Origin: Podarcis tiliguerta
Lineage: Eukaryota
Reading direction: 5' to 3' (one strand)
Assembly: GCA_965153285.1 (NCBI GenBank)
Contig: OZ229110.1
DNA length: 64,000 nucleotides
Positions within the stretch are counted from its first letter, which is position 1; each line of letters starts with the position of its first letter. Positions 24,371 to 36,254 of this stretch are shown piece by piece. The position numbers were made by a program, and so were the translations under genes. The notes under the pieces were generated by a model. The model was not told the DNA's origin, made no database searches, and saw only the letters and a list, made by a program, of their open reading frames with translations.

Positions 24371-27300
24371 AATTATAATGGCAACACCTGAATTAAATTA
24401 GAAAAATCAGCAAAAATCAGTCACACTTCTTCCACTTCTCTCTGCTTATTAGTTACATTTAAAAATACAAATTATGGACAGCATATAAGAATTAGGAGAC
24501 TGATACACAACAAAACAAAGTGATTTAAAACCTACTAATTACAATTATTATTATTATTTTCCTGCCAAAGACTCCTGCCTACACTTGACAGTATTTTCTT
24601 GGCTTGCATAAATGTTTAAAAGACTGAAGATTATTCTGCATATTGATTTTCCTTCATACTCCACAGATAAATCAATAGGATGTGAAGATGAGGCTCCATT
24701 AAAATGATTTCTGGTGACATCAGTTTTCTCTGAAAGTTTCCGTCAAAATGACCCTTGAATTTCTCTATAAGAGGTCATTTAAACAATAACTACAGTAAAA
24801 TATTATGGTTCTTTCAGTTTTAGATCGTAATTTGTTGTGGGTTTCTTTGGTGGGGGAGGGGAGATGTTGTTCATACATAATGCCCAAGAAGCGTTTGTTC
24901 TCTTGAGAACACAAAGCAGTATGCTTTATTAGGAAATATTTAAATAACCAAACTGCCATGCTTTTTTCCAAGTGCATTATTATTTTAGCACACTACATGG
25001 ATGAGTCTACTGTTAATGATGGTTACTCAGTGGTTGCTTTTTGCCAGAAGAGTCATTCCCCTGCCAAAATGAACTGAGGTTTCATAGTGGAAACCGAACA
25101 ACCCCACATGCTGCAAATTCACCTCCCATTTGGGGTGGTGATATCACCACCACATTTATTCTCAGAGGGGATTTGTGGGCTCTGAGCTACTTAGTTCACC
25201 CAGTTTTGGTGATGTTACAGTGACAGGTGGTGGATTTCATTCCTTCCTACCTTTCCTTTTTTCTGTCCCCGGAATCACATTCTGTGGGTAGAAAGGTTCC
25301 CATAATTCTTGCTCCAAGCACCACAGCTTGAGTTTTAAATTCAGGTGCCACCTCCTTGACTTTGACAGGTGGTAGCTTTTAAAATGTATAAGGAAGGAGG
25401 GCGGGGAAGTCATTGCTACTATGAAAAGCACCCTCGGAAAACAGAACACTCAGCTAAAGTAGCTCAGAGCTCACCAGCTTCCCCCACCAAACCATGGGGA
25501 ATCTAATTGCCCCCTGACCATTGACCCTAGCCATTATATAATCTTCTTAATTTATTATTTTTCTGACTTGTTTTTCCTGTTTGACTTCTTTAAGAAATGT
25601 TATTTTGCAAGTTAAGGGTGGTGAATCTGTGGTTCTCTAGATGTTTGGGCTACTGGTTTACATGTCTGCTTGATATCCAGTGGCTTGTGTGCCTGAATGA
25701 GCCATGCCAGATGAAACATCACAGAGAAAGTGTTTGTATTCCTTCAGCTCATGCCCCAGTGCTTTTAACAGCACCAGCTTTCACTTTCAGCCGCCAGTCT
25801 AGTGCTGAGGAAATCAAGAAGCATATTGAATGTGCCCAACTGAACCTACCTTGTGTTGTTAAGTCTAACTCAGAGAAAGGGCCTTGAAAAACCATTGCAC
25901 AGACTTCATATCCTGCCACCCCAAACAGCTCATGGCAAAGAATGCTTCCAGAGACAGGGGTAAGACTAACACAACTGACAGCCTGTCAGATGCGATGACA
26001 CATTGGCACAGACCACAAAAGCCATGGAAGAGTTGCATTCGGAACATGTTTCCAGAATTCTCAAAAAGGAAATATTTGTTTTGGAAAAGAAATATCTATG
26101 AGGAAGCCTTTCAGAGTGAGTGAAACAGAGTGAGTGAAATAGGGACTACTTAATGAAGGAGTGAATTGTCTGTCCTCAGCTCCACTACACAGGGTCTGGA
26201 AGAAGAAATGAAGAGCTCTACTCACCTAAGTACAAAATGGTGCTTTTTAAGGTAAGCCAGGAAGCACTGATTATACAATTGCGGAAGGAGAATGGGCCCG
26301 AGATCAATTAATTAGCTATTTAATAACTTGGATGGATTAGCGCATTATGGTATGGAGAAAAGTCCATTGGCCTCAGTTTATCGTTTTATCTGCTTCTGCT
26401 CAGGCTGCAAATGATTTTGCCATCTGTTTTCCTCTCTGTTGTCTTGCAGTCTACAAGATGTGCCCTTTGGCATTCTATTTTGGGTGGGGAGAAGAAAGTA
26501 TCAACTCGATATCTGCTTGTGTGTTGATGCTTGCTGCTAGTCATTGGCAGGAGTCCTTACTGGTTTATGCAACCACAGGGTGTTCAGACAAATGACTTCT
26601 GCTTAGCTTTCATTGCCCAAGAAAAATATTGCATACAATTTCCTATAAAATATAACTGGAGTTAACTGCAAAGTCTGGAATGGCTGCCTTGCTTCTACAG
26701 CCTGTTTAGAAGCTTGATTCTTCTACTGAGTGAAGATATGCTTTCATTCTTTTCATTCTTATGACACATGAATTTAAATGACCAGGAAAATCTTGTCTTT
26801 ATGTCCCGAATTTTTTTAAAAAAATATAAGGAAGCATAATTTAAATACAACCATGTTGAGTTGTCCTTATTAGTGTTATAAGCTGCAAAATTGGTATTGA
26901 ACTCTAATGGATTTTAGAACCTAATTTTGTGTAGCCATGGGTATATAGAGCCGTGGACTGAGAATGAGAGAGACATGAGTAGTGTGTCATATATGGATCA
27001 AGGATTTTTAGCGCCCACTTTCTGTTCCAGATCCTCATGATCCCTGTGATGAACCCCTATATTCTTACTGTATGCAATAGCAGCATCTGAACTACCCTGG
27101 GATTTCGCACCCCCTACAGTGAATCCTGAATAAACCGTTATGAGCTATTTTGTTTCTGTATATCTGTTAAACAAGATGAAAATTGAGAGGATAACGGGTA
27201 TAATTACTGATCATTGTGCACATTCACCAGGCATCACAAAGAATGTGCAAATAATCATTCCATGAAGAGGGAATTGTGCACATTTACCAGTCAAGATACA

Positions 27301-27867
27301 CAATCCCCAACAGCCCTTGGGAAATGTGTATATCTCAGCTGAATTTTGTAGAATCTCCAGCTGAAACAGACATCAAAATTATTACAAATTTATGAATATT
27401 ATCCTGAATGACATGCACAAGAGGCAAATTAAATTAATATGTTTACACATTTCTACTCTGTGCTTTTTAGCTGTGTTGTAATTCCCATTCAGTGTTTGGG
27501 GATTTTCAAGGGCATACGATATTGATTTCTATTAAAATATTGTTGACCTATTTTCCTATTTAGATAATGAAGAACCATCATATGTTACACCATCTGAATA
27601 TTTAACATTCAATAAAATGAATGATTGACAAAATCGGCCTTGCCATGAGCACTGATTCTGACAAGCCATAGTGTTGGTTTGACTATATGTTCCATTACTT
27701 TCTGTTATTAACAGGTTGTTTCCCTTCCCCTTTTCAAATGATCTCTAATATTTATTATTATTGTTAAAAACTCCTCCTGTTAACATACAACTCATAAATG
27801 GTACTTTCAGCAGTATTGAGCAATAATATATTATTGCTGATGGTTGAGTAAACACACACACACACAC

Positions 27868-28227
27868 TGTCAGGGAAGTGCAAACGGCTAGAGAGCCAAG
27901 GGGGGAGACTAGCACTTATAGAGAGCCAACAGAGCTAATTAGCAGTTTCTCATCTGATTCGGAAGAAGAGACAGGGAGGGGGGATTCAGAGCCCGGAACT
28001 AGTTATTCACTGAACAGAGGAAGTAAGAGGCGGGTCTTTTGACGATTGGCCTGCTGGGGGAGGAGGAGTAAGAAAAAGCCATTCGAGGCATCTGAGTGAG
28101 ACAGGCATGGACATGCCTTTGAAGCTCTTGGAACCGTTTGAACTTTGTAAATAAATCTTAAAGACAGAAAGTGGCTGCGAGCCTGGAGTTTTATCTATGC
28201 TAGCTTTGGCAGCACCAACCCCTTACA
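27868..28227 (+). mobile_element. Solo LTR inserted in a (CA)n microsatellite
   Basis: TGTCAGG…CCTTACA termini with (CA)n on both sides (TSD CACAC); GC box/ATTGG near 28027-28050; AATAAA at 28150-28155. Confidence 0.75.
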
Positions 28228-30045
28228 CACACACACACACACTCTTAACATAGGATGTTATATTTCATGTATTAAAAGGAACCATTAGGCATTGCACTAT
28301 TCAGCAAAAAGATAGAGCTGTCTTATCTTCCAGGAACTGGTGATATCAGGGATCTGACTACAGGGTCGGAGAGCATCAGTGTAGAAAATAAACCCATTTT
28401 TTTAAAGCATTTGGTTATTAGTTGTTTTAAGGTTATAATAATAACATTTCCCCCCCTGGAACAATTTCAGCTAGACTTTGATACAGAGCTTGAAATACAG
28501 TGATATTCACATGAACACCCCGCTGGCAGCACATCCAGTGAGCATGATATTTCAACTGAGGGCATACAATTCCCATTAGAAATGTTGCAGTGAAAAATAT
28601 ACAAAATGGTCCATGATAAAATGCTTTGGTTTGTCTTAATATTTCAGTTGAGCAAGGTAGACAGGCAAAGCCAGTAAGAGAACCTGCTCCAACTGGACCG
28701 CTCCCCCCTCCGGCCAATTTTACGTTTTTTATCATTTGTTTTAGTACTTTACAACTGCAAACCTCTTTGGCAAAAAGGCAGTATATAAATGTGATCAGTC
28801 AAACAATGGGAGACTTTATGGCAACCATACATTCCAAACAGACAATTCCTATGTATCTGTTGATGGGGTTCATTTGGCTAATATTCTGCACTGCATGATT
28901 TTTTAGCAGCCAACTTGGTGGCAATTGCTGGACTGGAAGGAGTTGGGCATGTGAAAGTGGGTCTTCTCAGTGGCAGCACCCTAACTGTGGCACTCTTGCC
29001 CAACTGCACATTGCCAATAAAGAGGATGAACTAGGACAATGATTTGCATATGCATCACCGCCATGCTTTAGAGGGTTTACAGAAAACAAAGCGGCCGTTG
29101 CTCCCCTTCAGAGTTTTCCACTCTATTGTTGCATTAGAAATAACGAGACATCTTAAGTCTTCATCTGTGGTGGCTGTCAGATGAAGCCAAAGAATATTCC
29201 TTTTAATCGGGAATCCTGCAGCTTTTTTTATTATTATTTCCTTTATTCCAGAGCATGGTGATTTATTTAGAGACTATGGTAAGAGATAACATAGCTTCAA
29301 AGTGACCCCCCCCCCAATCATCCAGTCAAGACGTTGTGTGTTTTCTGTGGCGATATGAATCTTCAGTATTGGATCCATCAGCAACACCCACAGGGAAGAA
29401 GAGTATTCGCAGAGGGTAGCAGAATATCTTACTGTATAGTGTGAAAAGTGGCTAGAGACATTCCAGGTATTTACAGGTTGCCTCGGGCAGTAAAACCCTG
29501 GAGCCAGCCTCATCTCTCTGTTCTTACATAGCCAGGCTAGATATCTCAAGCTACAAAGATCACATATGGCGTGCAGAAGAACACAAAGCAAATAGCAACC
29601 ATCCATCCTGCTTATAGCGAATAAAGGATTTTAGACTGTCAGTTGTCAGAAGGCTCTGATAAACTGTCAGATTTTGCATTGTCAGCACAACTGCTCTCAA
29701 GAATCACTGAAATTACTGAAGATTGCCTGCCTATGCCATGCAGGAAACCAAATCCTTGCCTCGTCAAGCAAAGCAAGGTTTACCCACCCCATCCCAAAAC
29801 AAGTTATTAATTAGGTATTCTCTGCCACCTCACTATCGTCTACTTGTTGCAGTGCCCAAGGGCAAATTTTTCCCCAACAGAGCTCCACTTAACTATTTGT
29901 TTGTAGTAGAATGTGTATGCAAGGGAAGCATGTTGCATTGGTGAGAAGCGTATTCTTGTTCAGCGCATTGTGCAGACAGGATACAAAGACCGAAAAATCA
30001 ATGGCTGCAGTCCTGCTTTCATGCATCAAGTTATAATGTCTAAGC

Positions 30046-30356
30046 CAGGGGTCAGCAAACTTTTTCAGCAGGGGGCTGGTCCACTGTCCATCAGACCTTG
30101 TGGGGGGCCGGACTATATTGGGGGGGGGGATGAACGAATTTCTATGCCCCACAAATAACCCAGAGATGCATTTTAAATAAAAGCACACATTCTACTCATG
30201 TAAAAACACCAGGCAGGCCCCACAAATAACCCAGAGATGCATTTAAAATAAAAGGACACATTCTATTAATGTAAAAACACGCTGACCATCCGCTGGCCAG
30301 ATTTAGAAGGCAATTGGGCCGGATCTGGCCCCCAGGCCTTAGTTTGCCTACCCATG
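30046..30356. mobile_element. hAT-Charlie-like MITE
   Basis: Perfect 8-bp TSD GTCTAAGC (30038-30045 and 30357-30364); TIR CAGGGGTCAGCAAACT…AGTTTGCCTACCCATG; internal duplication of about 64 bp. Confidence 0.92.
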
Positions 30357-30449
30357 GTCTAAGCTTTTAACACTCAAATATGTGGCATTCTGGAAACCAG
30401 ACCTCAAAGAGACAGATAAAACTTGCATTAGCAAAAAAACAAAACAAAA

Positions 30450-30511
30450 CTCTCTCTCTCTCTCTCAGACACACATACGCACACACACACACACATACAC
30501 ACACACACACA
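30450..30511. repeat. Compound (CT)n(CA)n microsatellite
   Basis: Direct read; a similar compound repeat lies at 14619-14665. Confidence 0.95.
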
Positions 30512-30579
30512 AACTTATACACCTGCTAGCTGGGATGAGGCTTTCATGTTTTCCAATTTTCTTTCTGCAATGATTCTAT

Positions 30580-31005
30580 AAGGTTGTCTTGGCTTAATGT
30601 CTCTAAGTCAAATGCTACCAACACACATGAAGATGACTCAGAAACTTCAATTAGCCCTAAATGGAGCAGCCAGATTACTGCCTGGAGTTCCCTTCAGATC
30701 TCATATAATAACCCCCATTTTAAAACAGCTGCACTGGTTTCCAGGTCCAGGTCCAGGTGCTCAAAACTTGAAATGTGGCAGCCCCTGAATTGTGAGCGTC
30801 CCTCATTATGCAGCTTCTGGCAAATGATTAAGATGCTCCTCCTTATGCTGGCTCTTGACACTTAGATGTCTATTTTTTAGGACCCACCTTATTTAGGGAA
30901 TTTGCTTTAAACTGTTTTTTGTTATTATGTTTTAATTGTTGTTACCTACCCCGGAACCTTAGGTTGAAGGGTGGGTCATTAATTGTTATAATAATACTAA
31001 TAATA
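30580..31005 (+). mobile_element. Old L2 LINE fragment
   Basis: Translation QKLQLALNGAARLLPG…HIITPILKQLHW is typical of L2 ORF2; (TAA)n tail. Confidence 0.7.
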
Positions 31006-31765
31006 ATACTTACAAAACTTCATGAATTCTTTAGAATTAAAAAAATGTATTAGAAGTGTCTGCTTGTGACGTAGTTTCCTTCACAGGCCCCTTGCATTGT
31101 GCAGTACTATTTCATAATAAACGAATGGAACAGTGCAGCTGTAGTAGCACACTCACTGCACCAGATCCATAGCATGTAAGCACTTCTGCTCTCGAGGAGT
31201 ACACTACAAGCTTCTTGGCCTCATTACTTATCTCAATGGATCAGCTCCATTCTGCTCCACCCAAGCTGGTTTTAGTTTGCTGGGCCTACAAACCATGGCA
31301 AATGAAGATATTCCCCATGGTCCTTCCATACCAAATGGTAACAAATCAAGCAGAGCCCTATGCCATCTAAGCTGCACCAGCCTTTTGGCAGAAAAGTATC
31401 ATTTTGTTCCGACAGCAGACTTGCTCAGACAGCTTGATAGAAGAGCTCATATTCAGAGGCAGCACTAACAGTCACTTCAGCTGAACCAGAGAATTGATGG
31501 GGAATGGAGTGGCATGCAGCAGAAACAAGGCTGCATACAAACCAGACACTTAAAGCCTGTTCAAAGCACTTGAGAGCTCCCAAACGATCCCGGGAACTAT
31601 AGTTTAAGGATGCTGTGAATTGGAGCTCTGAAAGGGTAAACTACAATTTCCAAGATTCATTGGTGAAAGCAATTTGCTTTAAGTGCATGATGTGTACAGA
31701 GCCCAGGACACAATACTGAAGCAAAAATACTGTAGCAAATATATTTGGACAGCAGCCCTACTATA

Positions 31766-31990
31766 CAGTGGTACCTCGGGTTAAGTACTTAATTCGTTCC
31801 GGAGTTCCGTGCTTAACCTGAAACTGTTCTTAACCTGAAGCACCACTTTAGCTAATGGGGCCTCCTCCTGCTGCCGCGCCGCCGGAGCACAATTTCTATT
31901 CTATCCTGAAGCAAAGTTCTTAACCCGAGGTACTATTTCTGGGTTAGCAGAGTCTGTAACCTGAAGCGTATGTAACCCGAGGTACCACTG
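31766..31990. mobile_element. Tigger/pogo-like MITE, family A copy 2 (inverted relative to copy 1)
   Basis: TA TSD; TIR CAGTGGTACCTCGGGTTA…TAACCCGAGGTACCACTG. Confidence 0.93.
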
Positions 31991-32766
31991 TACCAAATAA
32001 TATTTATGAATAGTTGCTTCAATTTCAAACAGCTGATTATCTGGACCATGTTCATTCCTTTTCATTTATTCACATGACTAGATCTTTTTGTGTTCAAAAT
32101 TGTTCTGGGAACAAAGTACAAATTCCACAATTGCACAGGAAATCATTCCCTTTAGCGACACATTTGCTTTGGTGCTCTTTATTTATTCATTGTCCCTTTA
32201 ATGAATAATCATTTATTCAGGTAGAAGAAACGGTATTAAAGGCTACTGATTGACTATCCACAACATCGAATTTGTGCTATATGATTAAGTTCTGAAAGTA
32301 AACACTGTAATGCATTCATGATTGCTGCATTTAATAGCTTCGATGAAATCTACATAATACAGAAGCTCAAACGTTGTCCTCAGTTCTTCTCTAAGCTGTA
32401 TGGGATAGGGCAGCTTGCTCAGTTTTCCCAAAATGTGACTTAACTATTATGGCTATGACAGCTAGTGGGCTGTTGTTGTTGTTAGAACCTCCAAAAAGAA
32501 AAAGAAAAGTTGCCTGACATTCCCAGGCTTAATGCATTTTTAAAATCCTTATAAGATAATTTTGTGCAGGAGTTCTGCTGGCCCCTTCACAACATGCCTC
32601 TTTTCTGCTGGCGGTTCTTCCTCTCCCTCCCCAATTGTTAACTTCTCTGCTTCCTCTCCCTCTTGAACTTTGCCTCTCACAATCTCATGGGCTCTTCATT
32701 TCTCTTCACTTGTTACATTCTTCCATGCATGAGGCCAGAATTCTGATGGTCAGGGGAGCTGAGCAG

Positions 32767-33417
32767 CAGTGTGGATATGATTTAAATCAAAATCAAATCA
32801 AATTGATTTAAATCACTAGTCAGTAAGACTTGATTTAAATCTCTTTTTTTAAAACAGAAAGGCATTCCTGCTGGTATAATCTTAATATTTTCAACCAGAT
32901 GAAGGTTTCATTTTTGGAATAATAAATTTTCAGAGTAGTTTTTACAGTTATATCAAAGATTACTGATAGACAGATAATTATGAAATTATTGTGAGGTTTA
33001 ATAAGTTAACTGTTTATATTTGGACAACTTTTTTGCTGTACTTCATTGGAAAGAGAAAAATAATCATTTCCTCAATAACAATTTAAACAATTTATTTAAC
33101 TAAAACAATAATATTATAGCATATGTATCCATGTTTGTTAACTGATGTGGTTAAACATTTTTAAAAAACAAACCCTTAGTCTGAGTTTCAGCACACATGA
33201 AAAACTTAAAACAAATCCTTAATTCCTAATGGCCTTTGGACTATAATGTACCGTAACTTAAGTAGAAAACTATCTTTAGAAAGATTTTTTTCCTCCAAAA
33301 GCATTTTATTTTAAAAATCCAATTTAAATTAAAAAACCGATTTAAATAAAAAAATCCGATTTAAAATTTTAAAATCTGATTTATGTTTTTTAAAATCATC
33401 GATTTTTATCCACCCCG
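32767..33417. mobile_element. Non-autonomous hAT transposon, very AT-rich
   Basis: Perfect 8-bp TSD CTGAGCAG (32759-32766 and 33418-33425); short TIR CAGTGTGGATA / TATCCACCCCG; subterminal GATTTAAA(TC) repeats at both ends. Confidence 0.88.
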
Positions 33418-34266
33418 CTGAGCAGTCACTACAGCCTGAACAGATATCAAATATTAAATAGAGCCCTCCCCTTTTGGGTGCTCAATTTCTTCATAACTTG
33501 GGGTTGCACCCAAATTAAAGAATCCTCCTTTTCTAGTTCATTGATGGACTTGTTTCGGCTACAAAGCTATCAGAGGGGAAGTGGGATTGCAGCTACTCTC
33601 CCCTTCCACAGCCTCCACTTGTCCATTGTTTCTGTATGCATAGAAGTTACGCAGGCAATGTAAGCACATAATCTCCAAGTCCACAAAATTGCTAACTCTG
33701 GGAATGTAAGGGATAAGGAAGAAGGCATGGGCCCACTTCTTCCTACCTAACATTATACAGTCTCAGGCCTGGAGAAAAGGGATTCCATGCTACCTGTCTA
33801 GCATTTGTGCAAAAAACCCCAGCAAAGTTAAGTCCATGTTCCTATGTGATTACTTTAACATGAGTCATAAACATTTCTACTCCTTTCCCTTTTTTAATTT
33901 ATCCCTTAGTGGTGAAGCTTTTACTGAAATCTTTTTCTTGTGTGTGTCTGAAGCTCCAAGCCAGGGGACTTTATTGTGTCCCCTGTGTGGCTCCATGTCA
34001 GTATTACACTGTGAAAACATTCCCATTGATCCAATCCTTTGATTATCTGAGCGTTTCAGATGTCACATAGACTGTACAGATAAATGAATCTGTACTGTAA
34101 ATGGCACAGACTTTATGTTAGCGCTGAATGATTTGAAGGCTGGCTTGATGAGTAAGCTTTGTCTTTCTCCAGATCCAGAGACTGACTGTCTTAAAGTACT
34201 CAAAAAATCATAAAAAAGATCTATTCTTGTTGATGTGCAGTATTTGGATTAGAAGCTACAATTATG

Positions 34267-34940
34267 ATATAATGGGGAAAAACTGATTTTAATAAACGAA
34301 ATACAGAATATTTGTCACTTAAGTGAAATGTTGAAGCTGCAAAGAGATAGAGGGAAGTCAACTAAAAAGCAGGGATTCAAAGTAGTTTTCCATGCTTTAG
34401 GGTATGCCGCTAAAGGAATTCAGGGGTCTGGGTCGTGTCCGAAGCCTACAGAGGGGCTAGGGCCATACCATGACCAGGGGAACCCTGAGGTGCTCGAGTT
34501 GGTTCATGGCGGCCGGGCTGCCTCTTCAGGAGTTTACCCTTGCCTGACTTCCAGCAAAGCAGGCAGGAAATCAGATATAGTCTTGCTTGCCAGTGCCTAA
34601 GCCAATAGCGCTCACATTCTGTAATCAATAAAGTTGTGGCCTAAATTCGCCCACCAACATTAACTTTAATCTCTGTGTCCTTGTGTCTTTATTTCTCAGG
34701 AGTGGGCTTGGGGGGCCTCGAAGCTCAACCTGGCGTATAGATTATTCAAATTACTGTTTGTATCCTTTGAACAATTTTGTATACTTGACTAATTCTGTTT
34801 CATTTTTTTATTATTTATTCCTTTTAGGTTTTTTTCCTTTTTATATTTTCAGTTTTTTGTATTTTTCAATATTTAGATGTAATGTTTTCATGCTTTTTCT
34901 GTAATTTTAAAAAATGCAATGAAGATTTAAAAAAAAAAAA
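34267..34940 (+). mobile_element. 5'-truncated L1-type retroposed insert with poly(A) and 17-bp TSD
   Basis: TSD TAGAAGCTACAATTATG (34250-34266 and 34941-34957); A12 tail; T-rich 3'UTR-like segment; TT|AGAA target. Confidence 0.8.
34404..34735 (+). mobile_element. GC-rich LTR-like (possibly DIRS/Ngaro) segment nested in the L1-type insert
   Basis: Abrupt GC shift; CCAAT and AATAAAGTTGTGGCCTAAATTC motif. Boundaries approximate. Confidence 0.5.
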
Positions 34941-35903
34941 TAGAAGCTACAATTATGCTGCTATTAAATGTCCAGCCAGGTGGTTCTCAGAACTATTTCT
35001 TTCTAAATGATTATTCATTAAAGGTCTTCCCCCCCCCCCCAAACCCTCTCATCTGAGGATTGCAAATACAGTTGCAGGTTTCGCTGATCTTGTACCATGC
35101 ATTTTGCCACCCATTCATTGCTATTTTTCATCTAAAATGGGACAGGTTATGGATTGCATTTCTGGGTCATGGAAAGTTTTAATGGCTCACGATAAACAGG
35201 CATGAACAAGTTTGAATTTTAGGGAAATACTTCAGCTACACGCATTGAGGTGCATGTTAATTGGTTTCATTGCCATGAAAAATTGCACTGCCAATCATTA
35301 TTACTAACTAATGGAGGTTGGCATGACACTGTACTAAAATAAATGATTATTCTTGCTAACTACCAAATATTCTGTTTTGTGGTGCATTATGTAACAAGAG
35401 AGGCAAAGTGTAAAGGTACAGGGCGCAGAGTGACAGAGCAATTTAACAAACAGTCAAAAAAAGATAAAGATGACAAATAATTAAAAGTGAGTGGATAATT
35501 GGAAATCACGACTGCAGAGCATCAGGCTTTTGTCAGCTGCCCCTTTTTTTCTTTCATAACACTTAGCCCTCATAAATCTTTTCTCATTAATCATTACCAC
35601 TTCTTTTTAAGCAGTGGGCACAGAACTTGACTCTATTTTTTTGGGGGGGGGGGATCTTAAATGTCTTTCTTTTTTTTTTAACCCAACAACTCTCATTCCC
35701 CAGTATATTAAAGCCCATTTATTTCAACACAAATGCCTAGGAGTTCAATCCTTTTTCCCAAGGGGAAAACATGTCACTTCTGTTAATATGTAAAATAATA
35801 TGTTGCTTCATGTGAAACATCAAGCAGCATACCCTTTCCACCAGGGAAGCTCTGTCCAAAATATATTGCCATTTTCAAGTTGAACAGAGCCATTTAATAG
35901 TTT

Positions 35904-36254
35904 AAAGGTAAAGGGACCCCTGACCATTAGGTCCAGTCGTGACTGACTCTGGGGTTGCGGCACTCATCTCGCTTTATTGGCCGAGGGAGCCGGCGTACAG
36001 CTTCCGGGTCATGTGGCCAGCATGACTAAGTCGCTTCTGGTGAACCAGAGCAACGCATGAAAACACCGTTTACCTTCCCGCCGGAGAGGTACCTATTTAT
36101 CTACTTGCACTTTGACGTGCTTTTGAACTGCTAGGTTGGCAGGAGCAGAGACCCAGCAATGGGAGCTCACCCCATCGCGGGGATTCGAACCGCCGACCTT
36201 CTGATCAGCAAGTCCTAGGCTCTGTGGTTTAACCCACAGCACCACCCATGTCCC
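35904..36254 (-). mobile_element. Sauria SINE, full length
   Basis: TSD ATTTAATAGTTT (35892-35903 and 36255-36266); intact B box. Confidence 0.95.
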
